From Candidatus Electrothrix sp. GW3-4 (lineage in GTDB: Bacteria > Desulfobacterota > Desulfobulbia > Desulfobulbales > Desulfobulbaceae), in contig NZ_CP147990.1 in assembly GCF_037902255.1 (NCBI RefSeq), positions 2,550,001-2,582,000 of the forward strand: 32,000 nt of DNA, in the 5' to 3' direction. The notes under the pieces are model-generated. The model saw only the letters and a program-made list of their open reading frames with translations. It searched no databases and was not told the origin of the DNA. The position numbers and the translations under genes are program-made. This document shows positions 1 to 8,456 of this stretch, one piece after another. Numbering within the stretch: position 1 is the first letter of the stretch; every line of letters starts with the position of its first letter.

Positions 1-174
1 GAAGATGATCGTGTCCCATGAAGACGAAGATGCACCATTATCATATTCATAACGAAATCCACCAGCCTTCATGTCTCCACATTTATTTTTACAAGCGATA
101 GGAAAAATAAAGAAAAACAAAATCAAAAAAATAGCCCGACCCTCTTTATTCAACCTGCTTTTATCTTTATACAT
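1..174 (-). CDS. Partial small signal-peptide / lipoprotein-like protein; candidate cognate immunity protein of the upstream RHS toxin (only the 5' 58 codons are in the window)
   Basis: Not in the ORF track because it runs off the left edge. Minus-strand ATG at 174..172, 8 nt after the RHS stop (TAG, 185..183). It reads MYKDKSRLNKEGRAIFLILFFFIFPIACKNKCGDMKAGGFRYEYDNGASSSSWDTIIF... This gives a basic n-region, a hydrophobic core, then Cys after FPIA (lipobox-like, not canonical). It has the same AT-rich composition as the toxin tip. No clear Shine-Dalgarno. Confidence 0.35.
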   Translation of the reverse strand, partial: MYKDKSRLNKEGRAIFLILFFFIFPIACKNKCGDMKAGGFRYEYDNGASSSSWDTIIF

Positions 175-182
175 AGCACATT

Positions 183-3100
183 CTATTTTATATATTTCTC
201 AATAAACCGAAATTTATCTGGATCTAATTCTCCAGGATCTAACGGAACAACATCGGGAAGATTACTTGAATTATCACGCCATAATGCCGTCTGTTCTGGA
301 CTTAGATTTCGTCTTGACGAACCGCCTGCTCTATTCCAAAAATGTTTTTTCCCCTCTCTTAGCCAACTAACTAGTAGTTCGGTATTTCTTCTACTGTATC
401 CACAACAGAAATGCCCTTTTAAATCTACCATTGCATCAAGAACAAAATTAATGGTCAGGTTAACAGTTCCTGCATCTGTTGTTAAACTCTTTGCGACATC
501 GTTTATTTTTCTACTTTTTGACGAACTAAAATTATACCCCATATAATTGAGAGCCGTTATTAAATTAATATTTGCTGGTCCAAGATCATGCCTTCCTGCG
601 TGAACTTGGGTCACTGCTTTTTGAGCAACATTCCCTCGTTTCCAAGATTCATCTATCCACCCAACTAAGCCTTGTGTTCCTGGAATCATATGTAAGCCTG
701 TTCCTGCTGTAACGTCTTGTAGATAATCATATATCCCCTTTAGTCCTATTTGAGTTGAATATTCATCCGCTATAAATTTTAACGAGGTCGCACGAAATAA
801 CATTTTACAACTTACAGAGGAAAGACCACCTAATTGACATTTTTTATCAACTCCTTCTCTTACCATTGGAGATAGTTGTCGTATTTTATTTTTAACTTTG
901 CTTGAATACTCCTCAAGCCCCAAATAATCCCATCCATTAATCCCATCATTCCCCACAAACCCATACAGATTCAGTCCGCCATCTTCCCCAATAGGATCCC
1001 TGCTCAACCACCGGCCAAGCTCAGGGGAATAATACCGATACCCGTAATAATACAACCCCGTCACACCATCGGCATACTTGGAGCTGAACCTGAACGGATT
1101 GGTCTCCGCATAGCTTCCCATAGCAGAAGTCAGGCCGCCGAAGGGTGCGTATTCGTAGGCGGCGGCCACAGAACCGTCCGAGCTGTCGAGGAGCTGGCCT
1201 ACGTTACCGTTGGCGTCATAAAGATAAACGTGAACTTTATCCGCCCCGTGATCAATCCGGGCTAAGATACCTCCAATACCTCCGGCACCCTGCAACGACT
1301 GACTCAGATCAAGGCCGTAGACATAACTCGCCGTAACAGCTCCGGCCCCGTCCAGTTCCTCAATCAGGTTCCAGCCGTCGTAGACAAAGAAGCGGGTTTC
1401 ATCAGCTTGCCAAGTTGAGCCGTCCCAGGCAGTTGTAATTTTCCGCGCTCTGCGGCCCATGTAATCATAAAGAAACTCAAGCTTCTCATCCCCGACAGCC
1501 GGTGTTTTCGGGGTAATGGTGATGAGCCGGTTCTCTTCGTTCCAGCTATAGGTGAAGGTTCCGTCGTCGGTAAGGCCGCCGTCGTTATCATACGCCGGAC
1601 TGGCCGCTGCCCCGTTCGTCTCCACGGAAGTATACTGATTCAGATCATTCGCCGTGTAATCGACCGAGGTATAGGTTCCCGTGTTGATGAGTTTCTGATC
1701 CGGCGGAACCGGCAGGGAGACGGAAAAGGCATCCCCGGAGGTCGTCATGGTTTTCCGACGCCCTATATTGTCATGGGTATAGTCGTACTGTGAAATTGTT
1801 GTGGTGTTATACGTATTCAGTACAGAAGTTTTCAGGTTACGATGGGTTTCGTAGGAATAGCCTGTTGATGCACCGGAGCCAAAGGTTGCGCTTTTTAGCA
1901 GGTGTGAGTTCGGCTCGTACCCGTACTGCACAGTATCGCTGTGCGTGCCGACATTCCAGGAAACACCTCCGAAGCGTCCGGTGCTGTCATAGCCATAGGT
2001 GACAGCATAGCTGCTGTCTGTGCTGAAGCCGGTGTTTCTGCCGGGTACCCCGGTGGTTTCATAGGAACGGGTGAGCGTCCGGTTGATCAGTCCTGTGATG
2101 CTTTCGCTGTCCGGTTGAAGAGCAGAGTTATAGGCAAAAGTACGGGTCCCGACGGCATCGGTCACTGTACTGCGTTGGCCAGTTCGATTGTAGGTGAATC
2201 CGATATCCGGGGTGGTGTCGGAATAATCAATCCCGGTCAATTCACCGGTATTGGGATCGTAACTGTAGGTGGTTGTGATGGCCGGAGTTCTGGCCCAGGT
2301 TCGGGTGTGCAGCCTGCCGCCTTCGAGATAGGTGTATTGCGTGCTCTTATTTTGTGCATCCTCCTTGCTTTCCAGCAGGCCGGAAGCCTCGTGGTAATGC
2401 CAGCGGGTTATATCGGCCAGCCCGTCGTTGGCAGACGGCCAGGTCGGGGAATCCCAGCCCTCACCACTCCGCCAGGTGTGCATGGCATCCATTCTGCCGT
2501 AGTTGTCGTATTCATAGCGGACAGGCGTTGTTCCACCCCAGGTATGGGTGACCCGATCAAAGTTGTCATAGAGAAAGTAGACCGTCCGGTTCTCCGCATC
2601 GGTCACTGAAGTTTTCCTGCCCGTGATTGGATCGTAGCCGTACTCTGTGCGCTTCGTTGCTGCGTCCTCAGTGTAATCAACCTGCCCCAGGGTGTTGTAA
2701 TGGGTGATGCTCTGGCCGGTGCGGGGATCGGTGACGCCGGTGCGTCGTTCCAGGGCGTCGTACTGGTAGGTGGTGGTGATGCCGGATTTGTCCGTGGAGG
2801 ATTTCAGCAGGCCGTACAGGGATTCCTGCACCGCATTCGTGTCCGAATCAAGATAATCCGTGATTTTAGTAATTGTATGAGAGGTCCGGTTGATATACCG
2901 CGACGAAACAGTCTCATTGTCGTGGATGTCCGTGCTCACGGTTTCGGCAATCAGGCCGCCTGCGCCCAGACCGGTCAGGCGAGTCCGGGTTTTGCCGGTG
3001 ATTGTCTCGGCAGATGAACCGAATTCGGCAAAGATACTCTGTACCTGTTCCTGCCACCACGCACCGTTATCCAGGAGAAAGGCTGTGCTGCTGCCGCTGA

Positions 3101-3875
3101 TCCGGTCGTCTGAGGCGGTTTCCAGGACCCCGCTGCTGTCGATATCCAGACCTGAACGGATTCTGTTGCCCAGTTCGTCGTACTGGTGCAGGGTGTCAGC
3201 CAGTCCCGGCGCAGTTGTTCGGATCAGCTGCCCTTTGTCGTTGTAAAAATTCTCCGAGACTTCCGTGCCCAGATAACCCGGCTTTTCGGTCTTCACTGTC
3301 CGTCCGGCCAGGTCTGTTGTGGTTTTCTCCCAGACCGGTGAGGAAGCGGTTCCGCTATGCACCTCTGTCCAGATGCTGCCGTCGCTGTTCACCCCGTAGC
3401 TGTAGAAGCGGGGCACAACGCCGCTGCCGGTCACGGATCTGGTTCGACCATCCAAATAGGTTTCTGTGATTTCGGTGATGTTACCGGGCCGGGTTTCGGT
3501 GGTGATCCGACCTCCTGAAGCATAATCGTAGTTGGTGGTCAGGTTCCTGCTGTCGGTCCGGCTGATGATCCTGCCGGACAGGTCGTACTGGCTGGAACTG
3601 CCCAGACTGAGACTGCCGGAGGACACGGTTTCGGTGAGCCGTCTGCCCGAAGCGTCGTAAGTATAATCAGTTACAACAGGCCCCTGTTCAGCAGCACGGC
3701 TTTGACTGATGAGGCGGCGCAGGCCGTCATAGCTGAAATCAGTCCGCACGCCGGTGGCGTTGATCTCGAAATTCTTCACGCAGCAGGACCAGTCTGTTTC
3801 AACAAGCGTGCCGTCCGAGGATGTCCGGTCGGTCACTCTGCCGAAATCATCAAATTCCTGCGCTGTCCAGCTCAC
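183..3875 (-). CDS. RHS/YD-repeat protein, C-terminal portion (repeat shell, RHS core end motif and variable toxin tip)
   Basis: YD/RHS repeats run throughout (YTYDASGRRLTE, YDYASGGRITTE, YQYDALERRTGVTD, YEYDNYGRMDAM...). The canonical core end YRYYSPELGRWLSRDPIGEDGGLNLYGFVGNDGINGWDYLGL finishes at codon 987. The frame is actually open upstream to about 4070; the listed start at 3875 is an internal GTG (..YQPVSWTAQ..). Confidence 0.9.
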   Translation of the reverse strand: MSWTAQEFDDFGRVTDRTSSDGTLVETDWSCCVKNFEINATGVRTDFSYDGLRRLISQSRAAEQGPVVTDYTYDASGRRLTETVSSGSLSLGSSSQYDLSGRIISRTDSRNLTTNYDYASGGRITTETRPGNITEITETYLDGRTRSVTGSGVVPRFYSYGVNSDGSIWTEVHSGTASSPVWEKTTTDLAGRTVKTEKPGYLGTEVSENFYNDKGQLIRTTAPGLADTLHQYDELGNRIRSGLDIDSSGVLETASDDRISGSSTAFLLDNGAWWQEQVQSIFAEFGSSAETITGKTRTRLTGLGAGGLIAETVSTDIHDNETVSSRYINRTSHTITKITDYLDSDTNAVQESLYGLLKSSTDKSGITTTYQYDALERRTGVTDPRTGQSITHYNTLGQVDYTEDAATKRTEYGYDPITGRKTSVTDAENRTVYFLYDNFDRVTHTWGGTTPVRYEYDNYGRMDAMHTWRSGEGWDSPTWPSANDGLADITRWHYHEASGLLESKEDAQNKSTQYTYLEGGRLHTRTWARTPAITTTYSYDPNTGELTGIDYSDTTPDIGFTYNRTGQRSTVTDAVGTRTFAYNSALQPDSESITGLINRTLTRSYETTGVPGRNTGFSTDSSYAVTYGYDSTGRFGGVSWNVGTHSDTVQYGYEPNSHLLKSATFGSGASTGYSYETHRNLKTSVLNTYNTTTISQYDYTHDNIGRRKTMTTSGDAFSVSLPVPPDQKLINTGTYTSVDYTANDLNQYTSVETNGAAASPAYDNDGGLTDDGTFTYSWNEENRLITITPKTPAVGDEKLEFLYDYMGRRARKITTAWDGSTWQADETRFFVYDGWNLIEELDGAGAVTASYVYGLDLSQSLQGAGGIGGILARIDHGADKVHVYLYDANGNVGQLLDSSDGSVAAAYEYAPFGGLTSAMGSYAETNPFRFSSKYADGVTGLYYYGYRYYSPELGRWLSRDPIGEDGGLNLYGFVGNDGINGWDYLGLEEYSSKVKNKIRQLSPMVREGVDKKCQLGGLSSVSCKMLFRATSLKFIADEYSTQIGLKGIYDYLQDVTAGTGLHMIPGTQGLVGWIDESWKRGNVAQKAVTQVHAGRHDLGPANINLITALNYMGYNFSSSKSRKINDVAKSLTTDAGTVNLTINFVLDAMVDLKGHFCCGYSRRNTELLVSWLREGKKHFWNRAGGSSRRNLSPEQTALWRDNSSNLPDVVPLDPGELDPDKFRFIEKYIK
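186..914 (-). other. Variable C-terminal toxin (CT) domain of the RHS protein, 243 aa, family not recognised
   Basis: It begins immediately after ...WDYLGL (EE codons at 909-914). The composition switches from the GC-rich YD shell to AT-rich sequence at about 950. I can see no catalytic motif of a known toxin class. Confidence 0.55.
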
Positions 3876-4353
3876 CGGCTGATAGCTGCTCCCGTCGTAG
3901 ACCAGGGTCTGCTGAAATACCCCTTTACCCAGGCTGTCGCTGATGCTTTCTTCTTTACTCGTCTTCAGAGCAATGCCCGCTGGCGAGCTTTCCGTACCAT
4001 GTACCGTCGTGACCCGTTCGTCCGTGCCTGTGCCCGGTGTGAAGACCTGGCTGCCGACATCAAAGCTCCCTGTTCATAGGTGGTGGTTGTCAGCCGTCCG
4101 TCCGATGAAAGCACGGATTGCAGCCTGCCTGCGAAGATGCTGCCGTCTTCAGGATAATAGGTCGTGACCGTGCGCAGGTTGGCCGGATCACCAAAGGACG
4201 TGGCCTGGGCAGTGGCGATCTCGCTGATCTCCTGCCTGCTGCCTGAGCCATCAACGGAGTAGACAACGTATTTCCGGGAGGTGACAATACCGCCCGTGGT
4301 TTCTGTCGTAATTCTGGGACGATTTTTATCCTCGTCCAGATCCGAATCACCGG

Positions 4354-7300
4354 TTAATGCTGTGGGATCGTAGTTATAGCTTGTGACACGGGCATTGGCC
4401 CTCTGGCTGATATCCCCAGATCCAGCCAGCTCGAATATTGGGCCGCAATCCGGCCCTGGCTGTCGTATTCGTAATATTCCCAGGAACCGTCTGGATTTTC
4501 GACGGACTTCAGTTTGGAATAACTGCCCGGATTATTGCTGTCTTCGTAATAGGTGAAGCTTGTGACCAGATTGTCACCGTCCGAGTCGTCGGCCTGATTA
4601 AGCAGTTCCTCGCCCCAAGGGAATTCTTTGTAGGTTCGCTCAATCACCGAGGATATATGACCGGAACTGTTTTTCACGATCTCCCGCCGAACGATGGTCT
4701 CACCGACAACCTGCTCGGAGCGTTCGCTTATCCGCTCACCGTCCGCCTCGCTGAGAGTCCAGGCCCCGGTGTCTTTATCATTGAAATATTCTGTAACCGA
4801 AGAATCGCTTCCCCGGGTCTCGGTAATCCGCAGCCGCTCGCTCACTGTCGGCAGCATATCCGGATTTTCAATCTGAAAGGCGACAAAGGGGACTGCGACG
4901 GGGTTCAGGGTGTACAGCCCGTCGACTTGCCCCGCGATGTCATCGGGACAGTACAGACTGACTGTGTACCGGTATTCGTTTTCCGTGGTTATATCGACAA
5001 AGGTCTTGGCTGTGAGAATTTGGCGCAATGCGTCGTTTGCATCGTAGTACACCTCGTTATCCCTGACCAGGGACGAGAGGTACAGAGCTTCAGGAGAGTA
5101 GAGTTGCGCAGAAACACTGTCCGAACGGAGGAGCAGGCTGCCTGCCGGATTGCCGTCTGTGGTTTTGCCCAGCGATATGGCGAAATCCACACTGGAGAGC
5201 CTGTCACTGCTGCTGCCTTCTATCGACAAAGGGCAATAGCCTTCATTGCATTCCTGACATCCGATTGGAACCTCTGCGTCTTTGTACACGCAACCGTTGT
5301 AAGAAGCCCGGACTGTTACGGTGCCGCTGCCTGAGTTCTCATCAACGGTCAGCACACCGGTGCCGGGATCTATGGCAGCTATAATTTTTCCGGTTTCATC
5401 ATTTGGTTGCTCAGCAACAATGGACCATTCCAGATCATTCGCCAGTTCTTCAGGGGATGTCTGCGCCTTGATTGTGACCGTTTCCCCCTGCATGACCGGA
5501 ATCTTTTCTTTCAGATTTTTGATGTACAGGTAGTCGATGGGGTCTTCTTCTGACAGAACCAATGTCATTTCGTTGCTTTTGGTGCCGTCAAGACGGCCTG
5601 GTCCATAGTCGTCTACAAATATAGCTGCGGTATATGTTTTGGAAGGGTCAAACTGCGTTTCTCTACTTATGACAGGCGGGGCAAGGGTAACAGGATCAAT
5701 TGGTATTACCGTAAAAGAAGTACCATCTTCAAATATAGTCAGATTTACTCTCCCCGGCTGATACCCATCGTAAGGAGGAATAAGCTGGAAAGGAACCTCG
5801 ACATCGCATCGAGTTAAACCATTCTGATTCACAGCGATGGGTATAGATGAGTCTAAGGTGACAGACAAAGGAATTATCACAAAATATTGAGATGTTTCTC
5901 CGGGAGTATCCTCAGTTAAGGTACAGTAGCATCCCGAACTACTCTGATATTCCCTGACGCGGTCTTCCCATGTATACTCGGCGTCCACATACCAGTATTC
6001 ACCCACATCTGGAGCTTCTTTGTTCAGAGCGGCGTACACATGCCCATATTCTGTGTTCTCGGTAGGAGCTAGCACATCTCCATTAAACGTAAGCGTAATC
6101 CCTGTAAGGGTAGAACCAGTAAAGTATTCTGTTTTACCAACGATGTCATTACAGGTACCACATCCCGAGATTACCTCATCCTGTTCTTTCATCTCATAAA
6201 GCCAAAAATACAAATCGAATGTACCACCATCTGGTTGATAACCGAATCCATAAACCCATAACAAAGCTTCTGAATCAGGAGGATCATCCCCGTAGCAGTT
6301 ACCTATAGCCCATTCTCTCCTATTCGTTGTAATATTGAATTGTTCCTCCAATCCTGAGGAGCTGACTGTCACTGTATATTCCGCATCAGGTGTGCCACCA
6401 CTATAACCGGCAAAAGATATTGGAACATAATTAGATTGAAGGACCAGAGGACCGGAATATTCCGTTGCGAATTGTTCATACGAAAAAGGTGGGGAACCGA
6501 CAGAATATTCCTCGATAGGAACAAGCAATGCGGGGCGATTATCGCTATTGGGATGAGTACAGGTTTCATTATTCAGAGGAGCTGCCGCACCGACCTCTAC
6601 CGTTACCGTAACATTGGATATTGGATTTTGATACTCATCATTGACAGTTAGGAATGCTGTGCCACTAAAATTTATCATATAACAGACAAATGGACTATCA
6701 GGGCCACACATGTCCTCTTCTAAATTAATCTCCGCTGGGTCACCAGGAAATCCGTACGCGGAAAATATCGTCTTATACGAAGGAATATTCGCAGGCCAGC
6801 ACTCAACAACATTGAGTCCAACCTGCTGTGTGTTCAGCCCGGTCTCCAGCCAACCAATCGGATTGGCTGCGGTACTGGTACCGAGAATAAGTTCGACAGA
6901 GGCCTTGCCGCTGCTATCGGTCGTAACCGTCAGTACTGTTAAACCGCCGACAAAGGTCCCGCCGCCCTTAGCAACCTGAAAGACAACCTGCGTATCGGCA
7001 ACCGGCTCATCATTTTCATCCAGGATTGTAACTTCCAGTGCTTGAGCAAGCTGTTGTCCGACGATTCCCTGCTGGTAATCCGTGCTCTCTGTTTTGATAA
7101 TTCGCTCTGACGGCAGAGCGAGAGTTGCTGCATCTGCTTCGAGGTTCAGCTCCACAGCGGAATCTGCCGCATAGACCGCCATTGTATCAGCTGCAAAAGC
7201 ATCCGAACGAACTTCAGGGAGCTTTTTCTCCGGCTGTTTTCCATAGGTAATAACCCGTTGATGTCCCCGGTTATCCATCATGATCATGAAAGGACTACCG

Positions 7301-7452
7301 GAAGTCAGCACCTCTTTCGGCAGGGTTAGTTCCATCTTTTTTTCAATGGTATTGTCCGATGATTCGGCAAGGCAGAACCTTGCTGCCCCGGAACAGAAAA
7401 GAACGATCGTAAAAAAGACGAACAAAATATGGCGATATTTTCTCTGATACAT
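4354..7452 (-). CDS. N-terminal portion of the RHS protein: signal peptide, Ig-like domains, first YD repeats
   Basis: Signal peptide MYQRKYRHILFVFFTIVLFCSGAARFCLAES. Invasin/intimin-type Ig-like segment at about 6868-7080 (LEVTILDENDEPVADTQVVFQVAKGGGTF..DSSGKASVELILGT). Big_2-like segment at about 5285-5500 (GETVTIKAQ..GTGVLTVDENSGSGTVTVRASYNG). The last ~60 codons become YD repeats (FTYYEDSNNPGSYSKLKSVENPDGSWEYYEYDSQGRIAAQY). AGGA lies 7 nt upstream of the ATG. The terminal ISARGPMPVSQAITTIPQH* looks like out-of-frame read-through. Confidence 0.8.
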   Translation of the reverse strand: MYQRKYRHILFVFFTIVLFCSGAARFCLAESSDNTIEKKMELTLPKEVLTSGSPFMIMMDNRGHQRVITYGKQPEKKLPEVRSDAFAADTMAVYAADSAVELNLEADAATLALPSERIIKTESTDYQQGIVGQQLAQALEVTILDENDEPVADTQVVFQVAKGGGTFVGGLTVLTVTTDSSGKASVELILGTSTAANPIGWLETGLNTQQVGLNVVECWPANIPSYKTIFSAYGFPGDPAEINLEEDMCGPDSPFVCYMINFSGTAFLTVNDEYQNPISNVTVTVEVGAAAPLNNETCTHPNSDNRPALLVPIEEYSVGSPPFSYEQFATEYSGPLVLQSNYVPISFAGYSGGTPDAEYTVTVSSSGLEEQFNITTNRREWAIGNCYGDDPPDSEALLWVYGFGYQPDGGTFDLYFWLYEMKEQDEVISGCGTCNDIVGKTEYFTGSTLTGITLTFNGDVLAPTENTEYGHVYAALNKEAPDVGEYWYVDAEYTWEDRVREYQSSSGCYCTLTEDTPGETSQYFVIIPLSVTLDSSIPIAVNQNGLTRCDVEVPFQLIPPYDGYQPGRVNLTIFEDGTSFTVIPIDPVTLAPPVISRETQFDPSKTYTAAIFVDDYGPGRLDGTKSNEMTLVLSEEDPIDYLYIKNLKEKIPVMQGETVTIKAQTSPEELANDLEWSIVAEQPNDETGKIIAAIDPGTGVLTVDENSGSGTVTVRASYNGCVYKDAEVPIGCQECNEGYCPLSIEGSSSDRLSSVDFAISLGKTTDGNPAGSLLLRSDSVSAQLYSPEALYLSSLVRDNEVYYDANDALRQILTAKTFVDITTENEYRYTVSLYCPDDIAGQVDGLYTLNPVAVPFVAFQIENPDMLPTVSERLRITETRGSDSSVTEYFNDKDTGAWTLSEADGERISERSEQVVGETIVRREIVKNSSGHISSVIERTYKEFPWGEELLNQADDSDGDNLVTSFTYYEDSNNPGSYSKLKSVENPDGSWEYYEYDSQGRIAAQYSSWLDLGISARGPMPVSQAITTIPQH

Positions 7453-7551
7453 GACTTTGTCCTGCTGTTCAGTTATTTTGCAGACAACTGATTAATCTCT
7501 TAAAAATATAAACATTTCAAACGTGTGACCGACGCAGCTCCTTGTTACTGG

Positions 7552-8082
7552 TTACGGCGTCTCTTGTCCGTTAAGGAGTAGAAATAAAATTGGCGGCAGC
7601 ACCATAGACGGAAAATCATCAGAGTCGCCCGGATCGGTACCGCGCCCGACTTCAAAACCATCGCTGTACCCGTCACCGTCTGCATCATAATCCAGCAAAT
7701 TGATCTTTCCGTCATTATCAATATCGCTGTCCCACTCCTCACCCCAGTAGGCAACCTCTTCTCCGTCATCCAGGCCGTCGCCGTCCGTATCAGCGACATA
7801 GGGGTCTGTGCCATACAATAAGACCTCCTCGCCATTCCCTAAACCGTCATTATCAGAATCCTGTGGTGTGACGGTCATGGTCTTTCGGTTGCCCATAAGA
7901 TCATAGGTATAATCAAAAACAGTCCCTGTTGACTCTTGAGCCTGCTCAAGATAACCAATCGTACTGTAATCATAATAAATAATCTTTGAAAATACAGCAG
8001 AAGGAATAGTGAAAATTAATAGCCAGATAACGGACACTATTTTCAGGACGGATAACAGGTGGGGCGTTTTTCGATCTGTCAT
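7552..8082 (-). CDS. Small signal-anchored protein with one YD repeat and thrombospondin-type-3-like Ca-binding Asp repeats
   Basis: I prefer the ATG at 8082 (MTDRKTPHLLSVLKIVSVIWLLIFTIPSAVFS = signal/anchor) to the track's GTG at 8148. YD repeat: TGTVFDYTYDLMGNRKTMTV. DxDxDG-type repeats: DSDNDGLGNGEE, DTDGDGLDDGEE, DIDNDGKINLLDYDADGDGYSDGFE. It is co-oriented with the RHS gene and ends 99 nt upstream of it. Confidence 0.65.
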   Translation of the reverse strand: MTDRKTPHLLSVLKIVSVIWLLIFTIPSAVFSKIIYYDYSTIGYLEQAQESTGTVFDYTYDLMGNRKTMTVTPQDSDNDGLGNGEEVLLYGTDPYVADTDGDGLDDGEEVAYWGEEWDSDIDNDGKINLLDYDADGDGYSDGFEVGRGTDPGDSDDFPSMVLPPILFLLLNGQETP

Positions 8083-8353
8083 TATAGAATAAGGGGTTGT
8101 ATTATTCTTCAGTATCAAGACGCATATTCTGTAGATTTCTACAAACACTACTCACGAATCAACTTTTAAGTCAATAAAAATAATTAATTATCAGCTTCAC
8201 CTTGAATGGTGTTTAGAAATTTCTCTGTGCCACAGGAAAATTTCTATGCTATTTAATTACATTAACAACCAAGCAAATAGGATGGAATTTCAGTTAAGGG
8301 AGGAGAGAGGGACGCATTTCCCAAAAGTCGGAATGTGTGTGTTGACCGCAAAC

Positions 8354-8456
8354 TTGATGGCCTGGTAAAAAGTCAGAAAACAGTAATTCGCTAACGGCAA
8401 CTCAACGAGTTACAACACGATTTTTCGCAAAATTGGACTTTTTACGAAACCATCAA
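8354..8456. mobile_element. MITE-like 103-bp interspersed repeat, copy 1
   Basis: 100/103 identical to 29577..29679 in the same orientation. Imperfect terminal inverted repeats: TTGATGGCCTGGTAAAAAGTC ... GACTTTTTACGAAACCATCAA. No coding capacity of its own. Confidence 0.7.

Larger units (their letters stand above)
183..7452 (-). pseudogene. Single ~2,420-codon secreted RHS polymorphic-toxin gene interrupted by two apparent 1-nt deletions (true pseudogene or homopolymer sequencing errors)
   Basis: My own translation of 3876-4440 (minus strand) shows a third frame carrying continuous YD-type sequence: ..GDISQRANARVTSYNYDPTALTGDSDLDEDKNRPRITTETTGGIVTSRKYVVYSVDGSGSRQEISEIATAQATSFGDPANLRTVTTYYPEDGSIFAGRLQSVLSSDGRLTTTTYEQG. 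This segment links the 1032-aa ORF to the 1230-aa ORF. Adding one G to the coding-strand G4 run (plus-strand C4, 4414-4417) and one G to the G3 run (plus-strand C3, 4068-4070) restores a single frame: ..SSWLDLGDISQ.. and ..YEQGSFDVGSQVF... Confidence 0.6.

Noticed and set aside
1941-2609. 222-aa plus-strand ORF, and the other plus-strand ORFs inside 183-7452 (e.g. 4438-5334, 2700-3246, 3702-4079)
   Set aside because: They are antisense shadows of the GC-rich YD-repeat gene. They are Gly/Arg/Pro-rich, have no start context, and overlap a clearly coding minus-strand frame.
4060-4420. Programmed ribosomal frameshifting as an explanation for the split RHS gene
   Set aside because: The repair at both sites requires an added base (a +1-type correction) at short G runs. 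There is no slippery heptamer or downstream structure, and two consecutive programmed events are implausible. Mutation or sequencing error is simpler.
7552-7620. C-terminus of the 177-aa protein (..DDFPSMVLPPILFLLLNGQETP) and the PEPVPEPELLEPP tail of the 162-aa protein (18676-18760) as PEP-CTERM sorting signals
   Set aside because: The first lacks the PEP motif and the terminal basic cluster. The second has PEP triplets but no following TM helix. Neither supports exosortase sorting.
8227-8232. TGGCAC (minus strand) upstream of the YD/TSP3 gene, and TGGCAC at 25852-25857, as sigma54 -24 elements
   Set aside because: Neither has a TTGC -12 element at the required 5-nt spacing (the sequences found are AATT.. 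and GGAT..). The surrounding near-palindrome AGAAATTT..AAATTTCT at 8216-8245 is AT-rich and of uncertain meaning.
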